Source: an uncultured Mycoplasmatota bacterium
GTDB taxonomy: Bacteria > Bacillota_I > Bacilli_A > RF39 > UBA660
DNA: 64,000 bases
NCBI GenBank assembly: GCA_900545005.1
Contig: UQXO01000004.1
Location: forward strand, 13,661 to 77,660
Direction of reading: 5' to 3'
A program made the translations under genes and the position numbers. The notes beneath the pieces were generated by a model. It was given only the letters and a program-made list of their open reading frames with translations. It had not been told where the DNA came from and did no database searches. This document shows, in pieces, positions 7,290 through 18,139 of the stretch (the stretch's first letter is position 1; every line of letters starts with the position of its first letter).

Positions 7290-9176
7290 ATGAAAAAAAA
7301 GATGTTCTTAATAACTGTAGTTATTCTCATCTTTAGTCTTTTTTCCTATAGACTTTATACTTTAAGAATTAAAAATCATGATTATTACTTAAATCTTTAT
7401 GAAGAGAAGACTACTAAATATCTTTATGGCTTGCCAAACTATCGGGGGCGAATCCTAGATAGTAACGGTAAAATTCTCGTAGATAATAAGAAAGTCAATA
7501 TTATTACATATCGTCTTATTAATAATCCTAGTACCGATTACTTAATTAATCTAGCTTATAAATTAATTAATATTCTTAATTTGACTGAGGAAGCTTCTAA
7601 AGACGAATTAAAGAAGTATTACCTTTTAACTGAAAATACTAATTACTTATTAACTTCTAAAGATAAGGATAATCTTAAATATCGGAAAGTTACCGATACC
7701 CAGATAGAGAAAATTAAATACGAAAGAATAGATAAAGAATTAGAAAAGTATACTCTTAAAGATAGAATAGCTATTCACACTTTTTATTTATTAACCGATG
7801 GTTATTATTATGACACGAAAGTTATAACTAAAAGGGTTTCTGATAATTTATGTCTGCAAATTACTGAGTATAATTTAACTGGACTTACTTGCGAATATAT
7901 CTATGAAAGGGATAATCTTTATAATATTATTCCGAGTATCATAGGAAGAGTAGGTTCTATAAAAAAAGAAGATAAAGATACTTATTTAGAAAAAGGGTAT
8001 CTTAGTACTGATTTGGTTGGTCTATCAGGATTAGAACTCTTTTATGAGAATATGCTACATGGTAAAAGAGATAAATATATCATTAAGAGTGATAATACCC
8101 TAGAATTAGTAGAACAGGGATCTTTTGGAGATGATTTAGTCTTAAATATAGATTTAGACTTAGAATTAAAACTCTTAGAAATTCAAAAGAATAATATGAT
8201 TAAAGTAAAGAAATTAAAAAATACCCAATATTTTGATACTAATTATACTATCTTAAGTAATCCTAAGACCGGAGAAATCTTAGCACTAAGTGGGTTAAAA
8301 TATCAGAATAATACTTTTTCTGATGTCTCTAGTAATATTATTCTTACTAGTTATACTGTGGGTTCTGTTATTAAAGGAGCTTCTAATACCGTCGGATATT
8401 TAAATAATGCTATTGATATTAATAAGTCCTATAAAGATTCTTGTATTAAAATTTATAAAGTCCCCAAGAAATGTTCTTATAAAGAATTAGGTTATCTAAA
8501 TGATATAACAGCTCTTAAGCATTCTAGTAATTATTATCAGTTTATGACTGCTATAAAAGTTTTAGGAAAGAAATATTCTTATAATATGGACTTAGAAGTA
8601 ACATTAGATGATTTTAATAAGTATCGGCGTGTTTTTTCAACATTTGGCCTAGGTAGTTCCACTGGTATTGATTTTTCCAAAGAAAATACGGGTATTAAAG
8701 GAAATAAGATTGCTAGTGACTTATATCTTAATTTAGCTATTGGTCAATATGATACTTATACCCCTTTACAAATTTTAAACTATATTAATACGATTGCTAA
8801 CAATGGTACTAGAATGGCTCTTTCTTTTAAAAAAGGAGAACCTAAAGAATTAAATAAAGTTTCTTTAGAACCTAAATACCTAAAAAGAATTCAAGAAGGT
8901 TTTTATGAAGTAGTTAACGGGGGAACAGCCAATAACTTTATTAATAAAAAATACCATGCCGCTGGTAAAACCGGTACTGCCCAAAACTACTATGCCCCCG
9001 GTATTACAACCATTAATACCACTTTTGCATCTTACTTTCCTTTTGCGGACCCTAAATATTCCTTAGTAGTATTAAATCCTAATATCTCTGTGGAAGGTGC
9101 TAAAGTAAAATATAACGCCCCTTTACATCGCTTAATAAGTACCGAAATTACGAATTATTTGTTTGCAAAACCATAA
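7290..9176 (+). CDS. Class B penicillin-binding protein (PBP2-type transpeptidase)
   Basis: The three transpeptidase motifs are present: SxxK (GSVIKGAS), SxN (HSSNYY) and KTGT (GKTGTAQ). There is an N-terminal TM anchor. The ATG at 7290 follows GGTGGA, which is preferred over the track start at 7278. Confidence 0.85.
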   Translation: MKKKMFLITVVILIFSLFSYRLYTLRIKNHDYYLNLYEEKTTKYLYGLPNYRGRILDSNGKILVDNKKVNIITYRLINNPSTDYLINLAYKLINILNLTEEASKDELKKYYLLTENTNYLLTSKDKDNLKYRKVTDTQIEKIKYERIDKELEKYTLKDRIAIHTFYLLTDGYYYDTKVITKRVSDNLCLQITEYNLTGLTCEYIYERDNLYNIIPSIIGRVGSIKKEDKDTYLEKGYLSTDLVGLSGLELFYENMLHGKRDKYIIKSDNTLELVEQGSFGDDLVLNIDLDLELKLLEIQKNNMIKVKKLKNTQYFDTNYTILSNPKTGEILALSGLKYQNNTFSDVSSNIILTSYTVGSVIKGASNTVGYLNNAIDINKSYKDSCIKIYKVPKKCSYKELGYLNDITALKHSSNYYQFMTAIKVLGKKYSYNMDLEVTLDDFNKYRRVFSTFGLGSSTGIDFSKENTGIKGNKIASDLYLNLAIGQYDTYTPLQILNYINTIANNGTRMALSFKKGEPKELNKVSLEPKYLKRIQEGFYEVVNGGTANNFINKKYHAAGKTGTAQNYYAPGITTINTTFASYFPFADPKYSLVVLNPNISVEGAKVKYNAPLHRLISTEITNYLFAKP

Positions 9177-9220
9177 AAGTATGATAAAATACTTAAGAGT
9201 GATGCAAAGGAGGGATACTT

Positions 9221-9385
9221 ATGGCTAAAAATGAAAATAGAAATTATGTTACTTTAGCATGCCAAGAATGTAAGCATGAAAATTATACTACAAGTAAAAA
9301 TAAGAAAAATACTCCAGAAAAGTTAGAAACTAAAAAATATTGTAGTAATTGTGGCAGAAAAACAACTCATAAAGAGAAAAAATAA
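9221..9385 (+). CDS. rpmG: 50S ribosomal protein L33 (Zn-ribbon form); not in the ORF track
   Basis: My translation is [54 protein letters not shown]. It has CxxC...CxxC motifs. AAAGGAGGG lies upstream. Confidence 0.9.
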   Translation: MAKNENRNYVTLACQECKHENYTTSKNKKNTPEKLETKKYCSNCGRKTTHKEKK

Positions 9386-9404
9386 TTAAAGAAAGGCTTA
9401 TATT

Positions 9405-9965
9405 ATGAATATCAACATTAACGATATTAAAAACGGCATGACTATCATCATGGATGGTAAATTATGTCAAATAGTTGAATTTCAACATGTAAAACCAGGT
9501 AAAGGTGCTGCCTTCGTTAAGATTAAGTTAAGAAACTTGAAAACTGGTTCGATTGTTGAAGATACTTACAATACTAATATTAAAGTAGAAAAAGCCCATA
9601 TTGATAGAAAACCTATGCAATACTTATATAGTACTGGGGACAATTATGTATTTATGGATACCGCTACTTATGAACAAATTGAAGTACCAGCTAGTAAACT
9701 AGAAGAAGAAAAGAAATATTTAAAAGAAAATTTAGAGATTGTTATCAATTTCTATGAAGGAGAAATAATTGGAATTGACTTACCAGAAAAGATTGAATTT
9801 GAAGTAGTTGAAACTACTGAAGCAACTAAGGGTAATACTACTAATAATGCCTTAAAGGATGCTACTATCGAAACTGGTTATGTAGTTAAAGTGCCAATGT
9901 TTATTAATCAAGGTGAACATATTATTATTTCGACTAAAGATGGTAAATATTCATCCAGAGCTTAA
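9405..9965 (+). CDS. efp: Elongation factor P
   Basis: IVEFQHVKPGKGAAFVKIKLRNLKTG is present. The protein is 186 aa. Confidence 0.93.
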   Translation: MNININDIKNGMTIIMDGKLCQIVEFQHVKPGKGAAFVKIKLRNLKTGSIVEDTYNTNIKVEKAHIDRKPMQYLYSTGDNYVFMDTATYEQIEVPASKLEEEKKYLKENLEIVINFYEGEIIGIDLPEKIEFEVVETTEATKGNTTNNALKDATIETGYVVKVPMFINQGEHIIISTKDGKYSSRA

Positions 9966-9981
9966 ATTTAAGCTCTTTTTT
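9957..9981 (+). terminator. Terminator after efp
   Basis: The perfect palindrome agagcttaaa/tttaagctct overlaps the stop codon and is followed by T5. Confidence 0.65.
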
Positions 9982-10102
9982 CAAAGAAAGTAGGGGCTAA
10001 AATAATATTATTTTAAATTTAGAGGAAGCTTATAGTAAGATTAGAAGTATCTTAACTAATTTTGAAATAGGGAGTAGTAATAATTATCAGATTAAAAGTT
10101 TA

Positions 10103-10366
10103 GTGGGGCAACCTGGTAATTTTGAGCTTAAATCAAATGATCAGATTAGAATAGTCTTTAGTCATCTAAAAGATAATTATTATCTTTTAAAAGGCGTTTT
10201 CTTAAAGAAAGAAACCTGGGGTCAGAATGACTTTATTACAACGTGTATGCGTCCTGAACCTAAAAAAGATGAATTAAAAATGGCTATTTTCTACTCCGAA
10301 AACCGCATCGAAGAATTACTTAATGATTTAGAGACTAAAGCCCGAACAGGAAACCGTTATCAATAA
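10103..10366 (+). pseudogene. Gp49/HigB (RelE superfamily)-like toxin domain protein; possibly degenerate or using a non-ATG start
   Basis: IKSLVGQPGNFELKSNDQIRIVFSHLKDNYYLLKGVFLKKE matches the K.L.G...ElR....yRi.f......llL.gF.KK core of Gp49/HigB toxins. The frame is open back to 10001 with no ATG. No antitoxin ORF is adjacent. Confidence 0.4.
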
Positions 10367-10483
10367 CATAAACTGTCAAGTTACCAATTTTAAGCCTATT
10401 TATTAGGCTCTTTTATTTACAAAAAACTAAAATTATAGTAAGATTAACCTTAGATGAAACAAATTATAAAGGATGTGAATTTT

Positions 10484-11398
10484 ATGGAACATTATAGTGT
10501 ATTGCTTAATGAAACTATAGATAATTTAAATCTTAAAGAGGATGGTATTTATGTTGATGCCACCTTAGGACTTGGGGGACACTCTAGTAAAATTTTAAGT
10601 AGTTTAACAACTGGTCACTTATATGCCTTTGATGAAGATAGTAAAGCAATTTTTTTTGCTGACGAACGTTTAAAAAAGATTGGGACCAATTATACGTTAA
10701 TTAAAAGTAACTTCGTTGATTTAAAAGTTAAGTTAGCAGAACTTGGTGTTACCAAAATTGATGGAATTGTCTTTGATTTAGGTGTTTCTTCTCCACAGAT
10801 TGATGATGCTACCCGTGGCTTTAGCTTTAGTAAAGATGGTATTCTTGATATGCGAATGGATACTGATGCCACCTTAAGTGCGGAAAAAGTCGTAAATGAG
10901 TATTCTAAAGAAGCTTTAACTGATATTTTCTTTAGTTATGGAGAAGAACCTAAGAGTAGATTGATTGCCAGTAAGATTGCATCTTCCCGTCCTATTAAAA
11001 CTACTTTAGAATTAGTTAAAATAATTGAAAGGGCCGTCGGCGCTAACTACTTTTATAAGAAACATCCTGAACGTAATATCTTTCAAGCTATTAGAATTGA
11101 AGTTAATAAAGAATTATCGGTTCTAAAAGAAGTATTACCTGATGTCTTAGACCTTTTAAAACCAGAAGGAAGAGTAGCTATAATTACTTTCCATTCTCTA
11201 GAAGATCGAATTGTAAAAAAATTCTTTAAAGAAAATAGTGAAGTTAATGAATTAGTTAAAGGCTTACCAACTATTCCTGAGGCATATAAACCTAAATTAA
11301 AACTAATAACTAAAAAACCTATTTTACCTAGCACGCAAGAACTAGCTGAGAATTCTCGTAGTAAAAGTGCAAAATTACGAGTAGCAGAAAGGATTTAA
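10484..11398 (+). CDS. rsmH: 16S rRNA (cytosine1402-N4)-methyltransferase RsmH (MraW)
   Basis: HYSVLLNETI, DATLGLGGHS, DLGVSSPQID and FHSLEDRIVK are present. The ATG at 10484 fits the family N-terminus better than 10454. Confidence 0.92.
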   Translation: MEHYSVLLNETIDNLNLKEDGIYVDATLGLGGHSSKILSSLTTGHLYAFDEDSKAIFFADERLKKIGTNYTLIKSNFVDLKVKLAELGVTKIDGIVFDLGVSSPQIDDATRGFSFSKDGILDMRMDTDATLSAEKVVNEYSKEALTDIFFSYGEEPKSRLIASKIASSRPIKTTLELVKIIERAVGANYFYKKHPERNIFQAIRIEVNKELSVLKEVLPDVLDLLKPEGRVAIITFHSLEDRIVKKFFKENSEVNELVKGLPTIPEAYKPKLKLITKKPILPSTQELAENSRSKSAKLRVAERI

Positions 11399-11399
11399 A

Positions 11400-11699
11400 A
11401 TGAAATCAGAAAAGAATAATAAAAGGGATAAAAAATTATTTATACTAATTATCTTAGTCTTAATCCTCTCGCCACTATTGCAAGTTGTTACGAGAGCTAA
11501 GTTAAGCGAGGTTAATATTGAAGTAGAAAAACTAAAGAATAATATTGAAGAACAAGAGAATGTTAATGAGTCGGTAGAAATGCAAATTAATGAGTTAGCA
11601 TCCCTAGATAAGATTAGAGAAATTGCTAAAGAAAATGGTTTATCTTATAAGAATAATAATATTACTAGTATAGATAAGGATGAAGATAATGAAAACTAA
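11400..11699 (+). CDS. ftsL: Cell division protein FtsL-like
   Basis: It is 99 aa with a single TM helix and a coiled-coil region. It lies between rsmH and the PBP2B gene. Confidence 0.65.
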   Translation: MKSEKNNKRDKKLFILIILVLILSPLLQVVTRAKLSEVNIEVEKLKNNIEEQENVNESVEMQINELASLDKIREIAKENGLSYKNNNITSIDKDEDNEN

Positions 11700-13809
11700 G
11701 AAGAATAGAAATATCTATTTTAGTAAAATTGTTCTTTTGCTTTTAATTTTTCTTTTTATTGCTCTTATCGGTAAACTAATTTATATTTCCTTATCAAAAG
11801 AAATCGATGGCATTGACTTAAAAGCTTATGCCGAGAAAAGAAATACGACTAAGAAAATATTATATGCCCATCGTGGTAATATCTATGATAAGAGTGGTAA
11901 CTATCTAGCCAGTACCGTTAATTCTTATACCTTAATTGCTTATTTAAGTGATACCCGAACTACTAATCCCAATAAACCTCAACACATTGTAGATAAAGAA
12001 CTAACAGCAAAAAAACTAAGCGAAGTATTTAATAAAAATGGTAATAAAAATATGACTTATGATTATATCCTAGAACGTCTTAATACTGAGAATAAATATC
12101 AAGTCGAATTTACTTATGCTAAAGATATCTCTGAGACCCTAAAGCAAGAAATTGAAAGCTTAAATTTACCAGGACTAGATTTTGCAGTCTCATCTAAAAG
12201 ATATTATCAAATGGGAGATTTTGCTTCTTATATTGTTGGCTATTCTAAAAAAGATGATGAAGGTAATATTAACGGAGAAATGGGGATTGAAAAGTATTGC
12301 AATGCCACCTTAAAGGGGGAAAATGGTTTTAGTGAATATCAAACCGATAATTATGGTTATAAGCTTCCGTATGCCGAAGAAAACATTAAACAAAGCAAAT
12401 CTGGTAATGATATTTATTTAACAATTGATAATAATATTCAATTATTTGTTGAGCAAGAAATTAATAATCTTTCGACTAATTATAACTATACCTGGCTTAC
12501 TTTGACCGTTGCTGATGCAAAGACTGGTGCCATTCTAGCTAGTGGGGCTTCACCATCTTTTGATGCTAATAAACTTAATATGACTAATTACTTAAATCCT
12601 TTAGTATCTTATTCCTATGAACCTGGTTCCACGATGAAAATATATTCCTTTATGAGTGCTATCGATAGTGATCTTTATAATGGTGATGAAAAATATATGT
12701 CCGGAACCATTAAAGTAAGTGATGCTACTATTAAAGACTTTAATAATGTCGGGTGGGGTAGTATTACGTTCGATGAAGGTTTTAGTTACTCTTCTAATGT
12801 TGCTGCGACCATTCTTAGTCAAAGACTAGGTAAAGAAAAGTTAAGTGAATATTATGAAAAGTTTGGTTTTGGTAAACAAACTGGTATCACTTTACCCGAA
12901 GAGGCCAGTGGCACAATTGATTTTAACTATACTACCGAAATAGCAACAGCTTCCTTTGGTCAAGGAATTACCACAACTCCTATTCAAAATATCCAAGCCT
13001 TAACGACTCTAGCCAATGATGGCGTAATGCTAAAACCATACATTATCTCCAAAATTGTTGATAGTGCCACTAAAGAAGTTATTTATGAAGGTAAAAGAGA
13101 AGAGATTGGGCAAATTGTAAAAAAAACTACGACTGATAAGATGAAAACAATGATGCATGATGTTGTCTATTCTGGAAAAACTGATGCCCGTTATTTTAAA
13201 TCTAATCTTGTTGAAGTCATGGGAAAAACAGGAACAGCTCAAATTGCGAATCCTAGTGGTGGGGGTTATTTAACAGGAGACTATGATTATGTTAAATCCT
13301 TTGCCATGTTATTTCCTTATGATAATCCCCAGTACATAATATATTTTTCGGTTAAACAATTCCAAGGAGCTTTTAAAAATGCCGCGAGTGCGATAGTTAA
13401 TATTGTGGATGAGATTGCTAAATATAAAAATTTAGAACAAAAGACTAAAGAATCAACAAATACTAATATTATTACTTTAGATAATTTTGTTAATACAGAT
13501 ACCTTAACTACTACGGATAAATTAAAACTCTTAGGACTTAATCCTATTGTCTTAGGAAATGGAAATACTATTATTAAACAGTATCCTAATCAAGATAATA
13601 AAGTCTTAATTGGTAGTAAAGTCTTTTTAAAGACTAACGACTCTTATGTAATGCCTAATACCGTTGGCTATTCTAAAGCTGAATTAATTGCGTTATGTCA
13701 TCTTTTAAATTTAAAATATGTAATTAATGGAAGTGGTAAAGTGGCTTCCCAAAGCATCCCCGAGGGCAGTGCTATTCCCCTTGAGACTATAACTTTTAAC
13801 TTGGCTTAG
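11680..13809 (+). CDS. pbpB: Division-type class B PBP (PBP2B/FtsI) with two C-terminal PASTA domains
   Basis: GSTMKIYSF (SxxK), YSSNVAA (SxN) and GKTGTAQ (KTG) are present. Two PASTA-like repeats fall in the last ~130 aa. The start could be 11689. Confidence 0.88.
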   Translation: MKIMKTKKNRNIYFSKIVLLLLIFLFIALIGKLIYISLSKEIDGIDLKAYAEKRNTTKKILYAHRGNIYDKSGNYLASTVNSYTLIAYLSDTRTTNPNKPQHIVDKELTAKKLSEVFNKNGNKNMTYDYILERLNTENKYQVEFTYAKDISETLKQEIESLNLPGLDFAVSSKRYYQMGDFASYIVGYSKKDDEGNINGEMGIEKYCNATLKGENGFSEYQTDNYGYKLPYAEENIKQSKSGNDIYLTIDNNIQLFVEQEINNLSTNYNYTWLTLTVADAKTGAILASGASPSFDANKLNMTNYLNPLVSYSYEPGSTMKIYSFMSAIDSDLYNGDEKYMSGTIKVSDATIKDFNNVGWGSITFDEGFSYSSNVAATILSQRLGKEKLSEYYEKFGFGKQTGITLPEEASGTIDFNYTTEIATASFGQGITTTPIQNIQALTTLANDGVMLKPYIISKIVDSATKEVIYEGKREEIGQIVKKTTTDKMKTMMHDVVYSGKTDARYFKSNLVEVMGKTGTAQIANPSGGGYLTGDYDYVKSFAMLFPYDNPQYIIYFSVKQFQGAFKNAASAIVNIVDEIAKYKNLEQKTKESTNTNIITLDNFVNTDTLTTTDKLKLLGLNPIVLGNGNTIIKQYPNQDNKVLIGSKVFLKTNDSYVMPNTVGYSKAELIALCHLLNLKYVINGSGKVASQSIPEGSAIPLETITFNLA

Positions 13810-13898
13810 TCCAAGTTTTTTTGGGTAAAATTTTCAAAAAGATATTGCAAAATATTTAAAATGTGTTAGGATATTTAAATGTTGTAAGGGAGAATATT

Positions 13899-15389
13899 AT
13901 GGATAGAAATTTAATTATGCATTGTTATTATGATGTTAGTACTTCTTTAAAGGAAAATAAGCCTTTAGTGGAAGTTACCGAAAAATTACAAGCTTTAGCT
14001 GATAAGTATAAAATGTCACTTTTAGATTTAACAGAGATTGCTTTAGAGGCTGGGTATTATAAATCCCAGATACCAGAAGAAGACTTAAAAAAATATCGCG
14101 ATACTATTAAAAAAATTAGAAAACCCCTTTTGGCGTTGCGAAGGGAACAATTAAAAGGAAAAAGAATAAATCCTCAGGTTGAAGACTTAAAAACTACTAG
14201 AGAAAAAATGTATCTATATAAATATTTTGATGCTCTTTTAAAGGCCTATAATTTAGAAATGCCTATTGAAATATCCTTAATAATTATTAGTGAAAAATTA
14301 GGTCTAAATATTGATGATATTAAAAAATATAGTAAAATTTATCTCGAAAAATATGCCTTGGGTTCAGAAAAAAACAATTATAATCAAAAGTTAAAAAGAC
14401 AGGCCAGATTAATTAATAATCCTACTAAAGCTTTTGTGAACAATTCTTTAGCTTATCAAGTTATTCAAATGGCTAGTAGAGAAAAGGGAAGTAAATTAGG
14501 AGCTAAGATAGCCTTTATTCTTAGTGATACTACTAATTACGATTTAAATGCAATTAAGAATATTATTTTTAAAGAATATGCTGATAAGTTAAATAGTGTT
14601 AATGATGAAGAATATAGACAATATCTCTTTACTAAAGAAGAAGAAATAATGTCTGTTCTAAATTATGTAATAGAAGAAAAAAGTAAAAGAAATCAGCCAG
14701 ATTCTAAAAGCTCTAGAGAGCCCCGAATCTCTAAAGAAAAATTAGAAAATTTAAAACGTTTCTTAAGTGCTAATATGACTTTAAAAGATTTTGGAAATAC
14801 TGATGCTTTTTCCAAAGGAAATAGAGGGATATCTGGAGTTAGAAAGTATTTAGAAAGTGCTTGTGGGGTTGATGAAGCATTAAAAGAAAAGTTAAGAATG
14901 CACATTCATACAGTTGAAGAGTATGAATTATCATATTTAAATACCATCCTTGAACTTCTTTTAGACTTTCGTAAAAACGGGGTTATAAATGGTGCTTCTA
15001 AAAGAGAGTTTGATATATTAGATTATTATTGTCTTACTAATTATCCTCTAACAGATTTAAGGACAGCTTTAATAAATAATCATTTAATTGCTGATAGTGA
15101 TTTAACTTATCTTTCTTCTTTAGCCTCTAAAGATGATCTTCATAAATATGCTTATAATAAAGTTTCTTTAGATAGTTTTCTTAATGATGTTACAGGTTAT
15201 TCAATTGATGGCAAGATGCGTTATTTAACTAAAGAAGAAAAAGAAGGAATCTATGAATTCTTTGAATGTTATAATATTCCCGCTACTAGTTATAGTATTA
15301 GAACTGCTGTCAATAGATATTTAAAGGGAACTCTTTTCCTTCCAAGCAAGAGCCTTGATAAACAATTAGCTAGAATTAAAAAAGACTAA
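13899..15389 (+). CDS. Hypothetical, predicted helical, K/E-rich protein (~497 aa)
   Basis: A long ORF has AAGGGAGA 6 nt upstream of the ATG at 13899. I recognise no motif. There is no TM segment or signal peptide. Confidence 0.6.
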   Translation: MDRNLIMHCYYDVSTSLKENKPLVEVTEKLQALADKYKMSLLDLTEIALEAGYYKSQIPEEDLKKYRDTIKKIRKPLLALRREQLKGKRINPQVEDLKTTREKMYLYKYFDALLKAYNLEMPIEISLIIISEKLGLNIDDIKKYSKIYLEKYALGSEKNNYNQKLKRQARLINNPTKAFVNNSLAYQVIQMASREKGSKLGAKIAFILSDTTNYDLNAIKNIIFKEYADKLNSVNDEEYRQYLFTKEEEIMSVLNYVIEEKSKRNQPDSKSSREPRISKEKLENLKRFLSANMTLKDFGNTDAFSKGNRGISGVRKYLESACGVDEALKEKLRMHIHTVEEYELSYLNTILELLLDFRKNGVINGASKREFDILDYYCLTNYPLTDLRTALINNHLIADSDLTYLSSLASKDDLHKYAYNKVSLDSFLNDVTGYSIDGKMRYLTKEEKEGIYEFFECYNIPATSYSIRTAVNRYLKGTLFLPSKSLDKQLARIKKD

Positions 15390-15538
15390 TTGTTTTTTTT
15401 AGAAGAACAAAATTTGGGCTAGAAAATATCTTAAAGTCGATATTACTATTTAAAGGAAGTTAACATTTTAAATTTTAATTCTATTCATACTAGATTAATC
15501 CTATTAACTTTGGTATAATTTTTTAAGCGAGGTACTCT

Positions 15539-16657
15539 ATGAAAATAAAATACGAATTATTAAAAAAAGATAAGGAAACGAATGCCCGATTAGGACTTAT
15601 TCATACTAACTATGGAACTTTTGAAACGCCAATGTTTATGCCGGTTGGAACTCAAGCCACCGTTAAAACCCTAGCGCCCGAAGAATTAAAAGCTAACCAC
15701 GCCGGAATTATCTTAGCTAATACTTATCATTTATGGTTAAGACCAGGTGAGGATATTGTAGCTGCCGCGGGCGGTTTACATAAATTTATGAATTGGGATC
15801 AGCCAATTTTAACTGATTCTGGGGGATTTCAAGTCTTTTCTCTAGCTAAAAGAAAAGATATTACCGAAGAAGGCGTTAAGTTTAAGAACCAATATAACGG
15901 AGATGCTTTATTACTTACTCCAGAAAAGTCTATTCAAATCCAAAATAAGTTAGATAGCGATATTGCTATGAGTTTTGATGAATGTATTGGGTATCCAGCT
16001 ACCTATGATTATTGTAAAAACTCGGTGGAAAGAACCATAAGATGGGCTAAACGAGGAAAAGATGTTTTTAATAATCCTAATCAAAGTCTTTTTGGCATAG
16101 TTCAAGGCGGCGAGTACGAGGATTTACGTCGCCACTGTGTTGAAGAATTAGTTAAAATGGATTTTGATGGTTATTCCATTGGCGGCACTAGTGTTGGTGA
16201 AGATAAACCTACGCAATATAAAATGGTTCGTTATGCTACCAAATATTTACCTGAAGATAAGGTTCGCTATTTAATGGGGGTAGGAGATCCAATAGATATC
16301 GTAGAAAATGTTTGTAATGGAGTTGATATCTTTGACTGTGTTTCCCCCACAAGATTAGCCCGCCATGGTCATGCTTTAACTAGATATGGCAAAATCAATA
16401 TTAAAAATGCTAAATATAAAAGTGATTTTACCCCTATTGAAGAAGGCTGTACTTGTTATGCTTGTCAAAATTACACGAAAGCTTATATTAAACACTTAAT
16501 TAACTGTGAAGAAACATTTGGAGCTAGACTTTTATCGATTCATAATATCCATTACTTAATCAATCTAACTGAAGAGTTAAGGACTGCTATTAAAAATGAC
16601 AGTTTATTAGCATATAGAGAGGAATTTATTAAAAATTATTATGGCGAAAATAAGTAA
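15539..16657 (+). CDS. tgt: Queuine tRNA-ribosyltransferase
   Basis: [16 protein letters not shown] and [12 protein letters not shown] are present. The Zn site is CTCYAC...H. Confidence 0.95.
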   Translation: MKIKYELLKKDKETNARLGLIHTNYGTFETPMFMPVGTQATVKTLAPEELKANHAGIILANTYHLWLRPGEDIVAAAGGLHKFMNWDQPILTDSGGFQVFSLAKRKDITEEGVKFKNQYNGDALLLTPEKSIQIQNKLDSDIAMSFDECIGYPATYDYCKNSVERTIRWAKRGKDVFNNPNQSLFGIVQGGEYEDLRRHCVEELVKMDFDGYSIGGTSVGEDKPTQYKMVRYATKYLPEDKVRYLMGVGDPIDIVENVCNGVDIFDCVSPTRLARHGHALTRYGKINIKNAKYKSDFTPIEEGCTCYACQNYTKAYIKHLINCEETFGARLLSIHNIHYLINLTEELRTAIKNDSLLAYREEFIKNYYGENK

Positions 16658-16949
16658 ATTTTTATCTTTTCTACTCATTGTTTTAATGATTTTACTAGTT
16701 GGGTATAAAGCAGGGATGGTTGTGAAGAAAAATCATGAAGACAAGATGTGGCTAGTCTTAAATAAAAAAGTCACGGAAAAAGCTCATCAATGTTATATTG
16801 ATGGTAAATGTACGAATAAAACTGTAACTATTTCTTACTTAATAGCAAATGAATATCTAATAAATGTGGTTAATCCTGTGACTAAAGAAGTCATTAATAC
16901 TTCTTCTTATGTTAATTTAGATACTAATGAGTTTGTTATTTTATATTAG
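16641..16949 (+). CDS. Small membrane-anchored protein (not YajC-like)
   Basis: It has an N-terminal TM helix ([16 protein letters not shown]) and overlaps the tgt stop. The SD is weak. I see no family motif. Confidence 0.45.
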   Translation: MAKISKFLSFLLIVLMILLVGYKAGMVVKKNHEDKMWLVLNKKVTEKAHQCYIDGKCTNKTVTISYLIANEYLINVVNPVTKEVINTSSYVNLDTNEFVILY

Positions 16950-17310
16950 AATGATCTTTAAAATTAATACCTATTGAAGAAGCAATAATAGAAATTAAGA
17001 TTAAAACTCCATAATAAATTATCTTACTTAGACTAATAAAATCTTTAGTAAATAGACTAATGATAAAGAAAAGAAAAATAACTAAACCTCCCAGTTTTAA
17101 TCCTTCTAGATAGCCTTTTTGATTAGTTCTTTTACCATTAAGAAAATTAATGACAAAAAGACCAATAGCACTCCAGATAAATAATATTAAACAATTAACA
17201 TTATAAGACATATTAGTATATAAATAAAAAATGGAACTTAAAATACTACCTAACAATAAATATAATAATAAAAAGAAAATACTTTTAAAATAGAAAAATA
17301 ATTTATTCAT
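16936..17310 (-). CDS. Small 4-TM membrane protein, YrzE/TIGR04086-like
   Basis: It has four hydrophobic helices with a GKRTNQKGYLEGLKLGG loop. A yrzE homolog sits near tgt in Bacillus. Confidence 0.4.
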   Translation of the reverse strand: MNKLFFYFKSIFFLLLYLLLGSILSSIFYLYTNMSYNVNCLILFIWSAIGLFVINFLNGKRTNQKGYLEGLKLGGLVIFLFFIISLFTKDFISLSKIIYYGVLILISIIASSIGINFKDHSNIK

Positions 17311-17377
17311 GATCTCACCTAATAAAATATATGTTTAAAAAGAGATTAAATTACTCATAATATAAATAGGTGATTTT

Positions 17378-18025
17378 ATGGACTTAGTCGTTATTACGCT
17401 AAAGACAATATTTTTCTATTTTTTTATTTTAATTTCTTATCGAATTATGGGTAAAAGAGAAATTGGTCAGTTAGGAACAACTGATTTAATTGTCTCTATC
17501 CTAATAGCGGAGTTAGTAGCAATTTCCATAGAAAACTTTAACGACACCATCTTAAATACCGTTATTCCTATTGCTGTTTTAGTCGTAATGGAAATTGCTT
17601 TAGCTTACTTTTCTATTAAATCCAAATTTGTCAGAAATTTTTTAGATGGGAAACCAACTATGATTATCAAAAATGGTCAAATCAATTATAAAGAAATGGT
17701 TAAAGCTAGATATTCTATTGATGATTTATTATTTCAACTACGCCAAAATAGTATTAAAAACATTGAAGAAATAGAATACGCTTTATTGGAAACTAATGGC
17801 AAATTATCAATATTCCCTTATAATCCTTTAAAATTAAAATCATCTTATCCGATGGCTTTAATTATTGATGGAATTATTCAAGCTGATACATTAACTAATA
17901 TTAAGCAAGATAAAAAGTGGCTGCTTCAGCATTTAGAGAAGAAAAATTTAAAACCAGAAGATATTTTCTATGCTTTTTATAAGAAAAATAGTGTTTATCT
18001 AATTAAAAAAAGCGATATTAAGTAG
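17378..18025 (+). CDS. DUF421 (YetF/YdfS family) membrane protein
   Basis: RIMGKREIGQLGTTDLIVSILIAELVA is the N-terminal signature of DUF421. Confidence 0.75.
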   Translation: MDLVVITLKTIFFYFFILISYRIMGKREIGQLGTTDLIVSILIAELVAISIENFNDTILNTVIPIAVLVVMEIALAYFSIKSKFVRNFLDGKPTMIIKNGQINYKEMVKARYSIDDLLFQLRQNSIKNIEEIEYALLETNGKLSIFPYNPLKLKSSYPMALIIDGIIQADTLTNIKQDKKWLLQHLEKKNLKPEDIFYAFYKKNSVYLIKKSDIK

Positions 18026-18139
18026 AATTTAAAAAAGATGTTAAAAATTTTTTTAAAGATTAATAAATCTTCATTAAAAGAAGGAGATTACATAGACTTT
18101 AAATTATAAATTTGGTACAATAGACTTCGTGATGTACAA

